From a virus (lineage: Duplodnaviria > Heunggongvirae > Uroviricota > Caudoviricetes): DNA of 42,721 nt. Both the position numbers and the translations under genes were made by a program. The stretch is from the IMG/VR virus record IMGVR_UViG_2703718828_000007; one strand, 5' to 3'. Numbering within the stretch: the stretch's first letter is position 1; each line of letters begins with the position of its first letter. Shown here piece by piece: positions 37,139-42,721 of the stretch. The notes beneath the pieces are model-generated. The model did no database searches. It was not told the DNA's origin and saw only the letters and a list, made by a program, of their open reading frames with translations.

Positions 37139-37719
37139 AGCAACTATTTAAACATGCAGCGACCAGGATCGCCGGCATGCTGGGGATTGGCCGGATCACG
37201 GCTATGAAAGATGGTGGGGTGGTGCAGTCTATCCAGTACCAGACTCCGCTGGAGGTGGCCAGCGCTCCGCGGATGGCAGAATTTGGCTTTTCATCCGGCC
37301 TGCCGTCAGGGACTGACGTGGTTCTGGCTTTTATTGGCGGTGATCGTTCCAGCGCGGTGGTAATTGCGTCCAACCATCAGGGGTTCCGTCATACAGGCCT
37401 GAAAGCGGGCGAAACGGTCATGTATAACCAGTGGGGCCTTAATATTCTCCTGACGGAGAAGGGGATCTTCCTGGATGCAAAGGGCCAGAATGTTGAGGTC
37501 AATAACGCCACTAACGTGACCATCAATGCCAGCCAGGGGATCCTTGCAAATACCCCGATCCTGAGGTGCACGGGTGACATTGTTGATAACTGTGAAACCA
37601 ATACCCGAACACTGAAAGAGCTGCGGGATGCACATAATGACCATGATCATGTGGTTAAAAATGCCCAGAGTGGCAATGACAATATCCGCAGCCAAAAAAC
37701 AGAGGATCAGGTGACATGA
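37135..37719 (+). CDS. Baseplate assembly protein V / spike (Mu gp45-like)
   Basis: 194 aa; position in Mu-like baseplate block. Confidence 0.55.
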   Translation: MKQLFKHAATRIAGMLGIGRITAMKDGGVVQSIQYQTPLEVASAPRMAEFGFSSGLPSGTDVVLAFIGGDRSSAVVIASNHQGFRHTGLKAGETVMYNQWGLNILLTEKGIFLDAKGQNVEVNNATNVTINASQGILANTPILRCTGDIVDNCETNTRTLKELRDAHNDHDHVVKNAQSGNDNIRSQKTEDQVT

Positions 37720-38153
37720 GTGACATCGCTTCATTCTGGAATGTGGATGAGATGTTTGCTGACTGGCAGAAAGGGCTGGGTGAACTCACCACGGGGAACG
37801 ATTTACAGACTGCAATACTGGACAGCCTGTTTACCGACAGGCTGGCGCGCGCTGACGATGATTATGAGGATAGCGATCGCCGCGGCTGGTGGGGGGATTC
37901 CGGGGAGGAATCCCAACTGGGATCCCGGCTGTGGCTGCTACGGCGGAAAAAACTGACCCCGGATGTAGCAAAAAAAGCGGAGGAATACTCGAGTGAAGCG
38001 CTCAACTGGTTAAAGGTTGATGGCGTTGTCAGCGAGGTTATTCCTGTTGCAAGGATCGTCCTGCCTGACCGGCTCAATCTCATTATCCGCTATCAGGCAC
38101 CGGGGAAGGACTGGCAGGAATTCAGGTTTTACTGGATATGGGAGCAACGTTAA
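37716..38153 (+). CDS. Baseplate protein (Mu gp46 / GPW-gp25-like)
   Basis: 145 aa; position and size. Confidence 0.5.
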   Translation: MSDIASFWNVDEMFADWQKGLGELTTGNDLQTAILDSLFTDRLARADDDYEDSDRRGWWGDSGEESQLGSRLWLLRRKKLTPDVAKKAEEYSSEALNWLKVDGVVSEVIPVARIVLPDRLNLIIRYQAPGKDWQEFRFYWIWEQR

Positions 38154-38154
38154 T

Positions 38155-39297
38155 ATGCCGTTTAAACGACCGACGCTGAGCGAACTCCGCGACGGAAACC
38201 GGAAATTTATGCAGGCGGAGCTTGAGGATGTTGGTGCGCTCCTGCGCTTCGCGAACCTGAAGGTACTGGCTGACATGGATGCGGGGATGGGGCATCTGCA
38301 TTACGCCTACCTTGACTATATTGCCCTGCAGACAAACCCGTTTACCTCTACCGATGAGTATCTCGCCGGGTGGATGGCCCTTAAGCAGGTATTCAGAAAA
38401 CCAGCTGCAGCGGCGAAGTCGCCTGCGGTACAGGCTAGTGGCAGTGTTGACTGTATTATCCCTGTTGGCTCGATCATTAACCGCGGGGACGGATACCAGT
38501 ACCGGACGGATGCAGATCTTAAAATTCAGGCAGATGGATTTGGTATCGTCGCGGTGACGGCCATACTGCCGGATATTACCAGTGATGTAACGGGTGGAGG
38601 CGCGCGCGGTAACGCTGATGCCGGGACCATAATGACCCTGGACGCGAATATTGCTGGCGTGGATCCACAGGTAACGTTACTGTCCGCTGCGACCGGCGGA
38701 GCCGATATTGAAACGGAAGAGGATTTTCGCAGTCGTGGCTTGCTGGCATGGCAGAATCCGCCTCAGGGTGGAAGCGACGCCGATTATAAAAAATGGGCGC
38801 TTGAGGTTTCGGGCGTCACCCGCGCGTGGGTAAAGCGGCGTCTGAACGGGGCCGGGACCGTTGGCGTGTATATCATGTGTGATCGGAATGACAATGGTGG
38901 GTTTCCGGTCGGTACCGACGGAATATCCCAACTTGAGGACTGGGGGGCTGTTAAAGCCACCGGAGACCAGCTCGCTGTCGCCGACCACATCTATCCGCAG
39001 CAGACAGACACTGCCATTGTTTTCGTATGTTCCCCGATCAAGAAAGTCATCAATATTGAAATCTCTGGGATCAAAAATGCCGACAGCACCACAGTTCAGG
39101 GGATAAAAGACGCGCTGACGGCGCTGTTTTTTGATGAAGCTAACCCTGATGGTTCTGGGAAAGTTTACCTCTCTGATATTAACGGGAGTATCGGCGGTGT
39201 TAGCGGCACGACGGGCTATATTCTTAACTCTCCGACGGCCAATATCACCTTTGCTGTTGGCGAAATTCCGGTGCTTGGCGGGGTGAATTTTGTATGA
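38155..39297 (+). CDS. Baseplate J-like protein (Mu gp47-like)
   Basis: 380 aa from internal Met MPFKRPTL 2 nt after upstream stop. Confidence 0.55.
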   Translation: MPFKRPTLSELRDGNRKFMQAELEDVGALLRFANLKVLADMDAGMGHLHYAYLDYIALQTNPFTSTDEYLAGWMALKQVFRKPAAAAKSPAVQASGSVDCIIPVGSIINRGDGYQYRTDADLKIQADGFGIVAVTAILPDITSDVTGGGARGNADAGTIMTLDANIAGVDPQVTLLSAATGGADIETEEDFRSRGLLAWQNPPQGGSDADYKKWALEVSGVTRAWVKRRLNGAGTVGVYIMCDRNDNGGFPVGTDGISQLEDWGAVKATGDQLAVADHIYPQQTDTAIVFVCSPIKKVINIEISGIKNADSTTVQGIKDALTALFFDEANPDGSGKVYLSDINGSIGGVSGTTGYILNSPTANITFAVGEIPVLGGVNFV

Positions 39298-39887
39298 GCC
39301 TCTTTTCAAAAAATGATTATGCCGGTGCGCTTGGTGCGCTGCTACCGACGGGCAGGGCGTGGCCCCGGTCGCAAAGAACGGTACAGGCTGCGGTATTACG
39401 GGCACTGGGCAGCGCGTTTCAGCGTTCTGACAACGATGCGCAAAGCCTGATTACTGGTGCTTTTCCCCCTACAGCGACGGTAATGTTGTCAGAATGGGAA
39501 AGCTCTCTGGGGTTACCAGATGATTGTGCGATTGGTGAATCCGGTGGCGTCAGCGATCGCCAGCGCGCCGTGGTGGCAAAGTTAATCAGCACCGGCGGCC
39601 TGAACCGCGATTATTACATCCGGGTGGCTGCAGCTCTTGGTTATACCATCACTATCACACAGTTCCGGCCCGCTATGAGTGGCATGTCAGTATGCGGTGA
39701 TGCGCTTAACGGTGACGAGTGGCCATTTACCTGGCGGATAAATGCGCCACAAACAACGATCAAGTATTCGCTTGCTGGCGCGTCCTACTGCGGAGATCCG
39801 CTCGCATCGTGGGGCAATAAACAACTGGAGTGTTCAATCAACAAAATTGCCCCATCCCATCTGAACATCATTTTCAATTATTCATAA
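39294..39887 (+). CDS. Tail protein (Mu gp48-like)
   Basis: 197 aa; last baseplate gene before tail fibre. Confidence 0.5.
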   Translation: MSLFSKNDYAGALGALLPTGRAWPRSQRTVQAAVLRALGSAFQRSDNDAQSLITGAFPPTATVMLSEWESSLGLPDDCAIGESGGVSDRQRAVVAKLISTGGLNRDYYIRVAAALGYTITITQFRPAMSGMSVCGDALNGDEWPFTWRINAPQTTIKYSLAGASYCGDPLASWGNKQLECSINKIAPSHLNIIFNYS

Positions 39888-39938
39888 CTGATATTTCCCC
39901 CTCTGATTTTATCGCTTAACACTAAGTGAGGATTAACT

Positions 39939-40613
39939 ATGCTCCGAATCGGGCAAGTCGAAGCCACTGCAACGCAGGATGGCAAATATACTGATGGAAG
40001 TGTTGCTGGTGGTATTGCCGCAACGAGGCTGCGGGCAGCAGCGTTTAATGCCATGCAGGAAGAGTTAGCGCATATCGTAGAGTCAGCAGGATTGGCGCTC
40101 GACATTAACGATATGACTCAGGTTTTAAAAGCCATTCAAAAACTCACACTGAGCCGTGCAAACCCATTTGCCGATATCAAATCAGATGGTGCAGCGGCGA
40201 TTTCTACGGCTCTCACAAACCTTGGTTTGGGAGAAGCGGCAACGAGGAACGTCGGAACGGATACCGGGCAAGTACCAGATATGAGTAGTTTTACAACGGG
40301 GCACTCTGGAGCAGCAGACTGGCCGATTCCTAAATCTGGATGGAGTAAGGGGCCGGAAGGGGTAATTACACAATGGGGTATTTTCGGTTTCCCCGTTGGA
40401 CAGACAGGGACGAATGTTGTTTTCCCGCTACCTTTCCCCGCGCGGGTCGAATCAATTACACTGACAATGGCAGATATCCAGGAGTCTCTGCTTTCTCCAA
40501 CAACCATGCCTGCTTATGGAGTTAACTCAACTGGTACTTCAAGAACGGGTTTTACAGCCCGTATGTCAGGCGTCGGTGGGTTTAATCTTTGCTATATAGC
40601 GAAAGGGAGATAA
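39939..40613 (+). CDS. Tail fibre protein (constant N-terminus plus current variable C-terminus)
   Basis: 224 aa; contains hix/gix-like crossover site at codons 91-99; followed by tail fibre assembly gene. Confidence 0.65.
   Translation: MLRIGQVEATATQDGKYTDGSVAGGIAATRLRAAAFNAMQEELAHIVESAGLALDINDMTQVLKAIQKLTLSRANPFADIKSDGAAAISTALTNLGLGEAATRNVGTDTGQVPDMSSFTTGHSGAADWPIPKSGWSKGPEGVITQWGIFGFPVGQTGTNVVFPLPFPARVESITLTMADIQESLLSPTTMPAYGVNSTGTSRTGFTARMSGVGGFNLCYIAKGR
40210..40235. other. Left inversion crossover site (hix/gix-like)
   Basis: CTCTCACAAACC-TT-GGTTTGGGAGAA; reverse complement shares TTCTCCCAAACCAA with site at 42088-42113. Confidence 0.6.
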
Positions 40614-40617
40614 CAGA

Positions 40618-41061
40618 ATGAATAAAGTTAAAAGTGTTTACAGCCCGTCCGAAAATGCAATCTACAACGCAGCGCTATATGAAAGTTATATCAAGGAGGG
40701 GACATGGCCGCAGGATGGTATTGAAATCAGCGATGAGGATGCTGTCAGATTTAATGGGGGAAATAAGCCAACAGGAAAAATGCTGGGAATGGTTTCAGGG
40801 ACCCTTGCATGGGTTGATGAGCCGCCGCTTTCACCAGAACAGAAAATATCAGATGCAGAAAACATGAAAGCCACATTTCGTGCAAAAGCTGACAGCGAAA
40901 TATCCTGGCGTCAGGATGCTGTTGATGCTGGTATCGCAACTGATGAAGAAACTTCAACTCTCACCCAATGGAAGAAATACCGTGTGCTGCTGATGCGTGT
41001 TGATACGTCAACAGCACCCGATATTGAATGGCCTACGCCTCCGGCAGCTCAGGCCAGATGA
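40618..41061 (+). CDS. Tail fibre assembly protein (orientation A)
   Basis: 147 aa; C-terminal TAPDIEWPTPP motif typical of Tfa. Confidence 0.7.
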   Translation: MNKVKSVYSPSENAIYNAALYESYIKEGTWPQDGIEISDEDAVRFNGGNKPTGKMLGMVSGTLAWVDEPPLSPEQKISDAENMKATFRAKADSEISWRQDAVDAGIATDEETSTLTQWKKYRVLLMRVDTSTAPDIEWPTPPAAQAR

Positions 41062-41635
41062 CATCAGGCGCGGTGCTGGTATCTGTTGCCGTCACCGCGT
41101 CAATGTAATCCAGCACGGCGTTAAGTCGGGTTGTTTCTGCCGGCGTCAACTTCCGTCCGGCCTGTAATTTCAACTGAATCAGACTAATGGAAGCCATTGC
41201 AGTATCCATCAGCGACTGGCGCTGTGCTTCTGCTGCATCTACTGCGGCGCTATGCTGTGCCTCGGTATCCGTCACCCATTTCTCACCATCCCATTTATCG
41301 TATGGCGTTAACGGGGCTATAGTGGTTGTATTTTCGGGGTAATCACCCGGAGCTGTGATTTCTTTTGATTCTCCTGTTTTGGTGCTATAGACCGTTTCAC
41401 CGCGATGGTCTGGCACATATTCCCATGAGTTAAAATCTGCAGAACGGCAGATTGCATAACCAGCCTTATGTGTGCCAGGGGCATCTAAACAGGAACATGC
41501 CGGAATGCCGACACCAACGGCAAGATATTCATTTGAAGTGGAAATATATTCCCGAGTTTCACCATCATAGCTATAGACGGTAATATTCCCCGCCTTCGTG
41601 GCAATAAGCTCGCTATTTAATACAGCGTTATCCAT
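41033..41635 (-). CDS. Tail fibre assembly protein (orientation B)
   Basis: 200 aa; C-terminal TAPDVIWPELP; convergent with the other tfa. Confidence 0.7.
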   Translation of the reverse strand: MDNAVLNSELIATKAGNITVYSYDGETREYISTSNEYLAVGVGIPACSCLDAPGTHKAGYAICRSADFNSWEYVPDHRGETVYSTKTGESKEITAPGDYPENTTTIAPLTPYDKWDGEKWVTDTEAQHSAAVDAAEAQRQSLMDTAMASISLIQLKLQAGRKLTPAETTRLNAVLDYIDAVTATDTSTAPDVIWPELPEA

Positions 41636-42120
41636 TATGCAGCCCTCACGATAAAGTTAAATGCAATATTTCGCGCACGTGTTTCCGTTGATGTTCTGGC
41701 AACAAGTGATGCATCAAAATAATAATTCGCCTGTTTATATGTACCACCTATCGCAATTGATGCGAGATTTGGTGTCACTATTGAAGAGGTAAATGCGCCG
41801 ACAGTATTATTATTTGGCCCCGTGGTCATATCCCAAAAGCTACCTGTAATATTTTGCAGCGTATCGCTCTGAGCACTCAATAACGCTCGCCCACTGTCCA
41901 CTCCACGCCCATCATCCCAGCCACGAATAAACTCACCACGTAAATCAGGCAATTTATTTGTCGGGTAAGCCTTTGCCAGCTCCGGGTATTCTTCAGCAGA
42001 AAAAGCTGCACCATTGCATTTCAACCAGCCTGTCGGTGGTGTAGCTGAAGGCCACGGAACAGGCACACCAACCGGTAATGCAGAGCCTTCTCCCAAACCA
42101 ACCTTTTTTATAACCATCAA
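41635..42120 (-). CDS. Alternative tail fibre variable C-terminal segment (expressed after inversion)
   Basis: Minus ORF beginning inside right crossover site; encodes GLGE junction shared with the plus-strand fibre gene. Confidence 0.55.
   Translation of the reverse strand: MMVIKKVGLGEGSALPVGVPVPWPSATPPTGWLKCNGAAFSAEEYPELAKAYPTNKLPDLRGEFIRGWDDGRGVDSGRALLSAQSDTLQNITGSFWDMTTGPNNNTVGAFTSSIVTPNLASIAIGGTYKQANYYFDASLVARTSTETRARNIAFNFIVRAA
42088..42113. other. Right inversion crossover site (hix/gix-like, imperfect)
   Basis: TTCTCCCAAACC-AA-CCTTTTTTATAA. Confidence 0.55.
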
Positions 42121-42172
42121 AAATCTGGTGATGCTTCGCCGTTTCTCCTGTTTTCATAACAGGAGAAATCCC

Positions 42173-42721
42173 ATGATTTACGGTTATGCCCGAGTATCAA
42201 CAAACCACCAGGATACTGAATTGCAACTAACGGCGCTCAAGTCAGCGGGTTGTGAGAAAATTTTTGAAGAGCATGCCAGCGGGAGGAAATCGAATCGGCC
42301 GGTTCTAAAACGGCTGATCGCCACTATGCAGCCGGGGGATGAACTGGTGGTCTGGAAGCTGGACAGGATAGGCCGCAACGTTCTGCATGCGCTGTTGATG
42401 TTCCAGCAGTTACAGGAAAAGGGTATCAACTTCCGCAGTATTACCGATGGCGTGGATCTCAAAACAGCCAGCGGCCGCTATAACTTTCGTAACATCCTTT
42501 CCGCAGCACAATATGAATCTGATCTTAATAGCGAACGTACCTTAGCAGGGCTGGCCGTAGCCAGGGCAAAAGGGCGAGTTGGTGGTCGCAGGCCTAAGTT
42601 CACGGATGAGCAATGGCGGGAAATGGGGGAGCGGATGGCAACCGGTGAATCACGACAAAGCGTATCAAAAACGTATGGAGTAGGGCTCTCAACTCTGTAT
42701 AAAAAGTTTCCAGCTAGCTGA
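42173..42721 (+). CDS. DNA invertase, serine recombinase (Hin/Gin/Pin family)
   Basis: 182 aa from internal Met MIYGYARVST (catalytic Ser), C-terminal HTH; adjacent to invertible segment. Confidence 0.85.
   Translation: MIYGYARVSTNHQDTELQLTALKSAGCEKIFEEHASGRKSNRPVLKRLIATMQPGDELVVWKLDRIGRNVLHALLMFQQLQEKGINFRSITDGVDLKTASGRYNFRNILSAAQYESDLNSERTLAGLAVARAKGRVGGRRPKFTDEQWREMGERMATGESRQSVSKTYGVGLSTLYKKFPAS

Larger units (their letters stand above)
40223..42100. mobile_element. Invertible tail-fibre segment (Mu G / P1 C / e14 P-like)
   Basis: About 1.9 kb bounded by inverted recombination sites; two convergent sets of fibre C-terminus plus assembly gene; invertase gene adjacent. Confidence 0.6.
1..42721. 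mobile_element. Near-complete mosaic prophage (integrase at left edge, DNA invertase at right edge); att sites outside or not recognisable in window
   Basis: Contiguous phage modules in canonical order: integration, recombination, immunity, replication, nin-like, Q, lysis, packaging, head, tail, tail-fibre inversion. Confidence 0.85.

Noticed and set aside
42014-42172. N-terminal extension of the invertase ORF
   Set aside because: Overlaps the right crossover site and the minus-strand fibre segment; the conserved catalytic N-terminus begins at Met 42173
1-42721. tRNA genes, IS elements or transposases
   Set aside because: None recognisable by eye; no transposase-like ORF. A proper tRNA scan was not possible, so tRNAs cannot be strictly excluded

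Overview
This window reads as one near-complete mosaic prophage, all calls made by eye from the sequence and the ORF track (no database searches run). Left to right: a tyrosine integrase and AlpA-like excisionase; a leftward early operon with a Red-beta/Bet-family annealing protein and a large RecE-like exonuclease; a Rac-like immunity switch (RacR/cI-like repressor, divergent Cro/YdaS-like and YdaT-like genes) flanked by mirrored PL/PR promoter-operator regions; an O/P-like replication module with iterons inside the O-like gene; a DLP12-like nin region (DinI with a LexA box, YbcO-like, RusA); a Q-like antiterminator with a PR'/tR'-like unit; an orphan amino-methyltransferase; a SAR-endolysin/holin/Rz-Rz1 lysis cassette; lambda-like cos packaging and head genes; and a Mu-like contractile tail ending in an invertible tail-fibre segment with a Hin/Gin-family invertase. 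The two best candidates for an undescribed system are (1) an AT-rich, terminator-flanked two-gene cassette (15867-17026) between Q/tR' and the lysis genes, and (2) three small genes (zinc-ribbon protein plus two membrane proteins, 7365-8504) co-oriented directly downstream of the repressor, in the lambda rexAB position. Product names rest on recalled family motifs and gene order; coordinates of features not in the ORF track were counted by hand and may be off by a few bases. Attachment sites are not visible.
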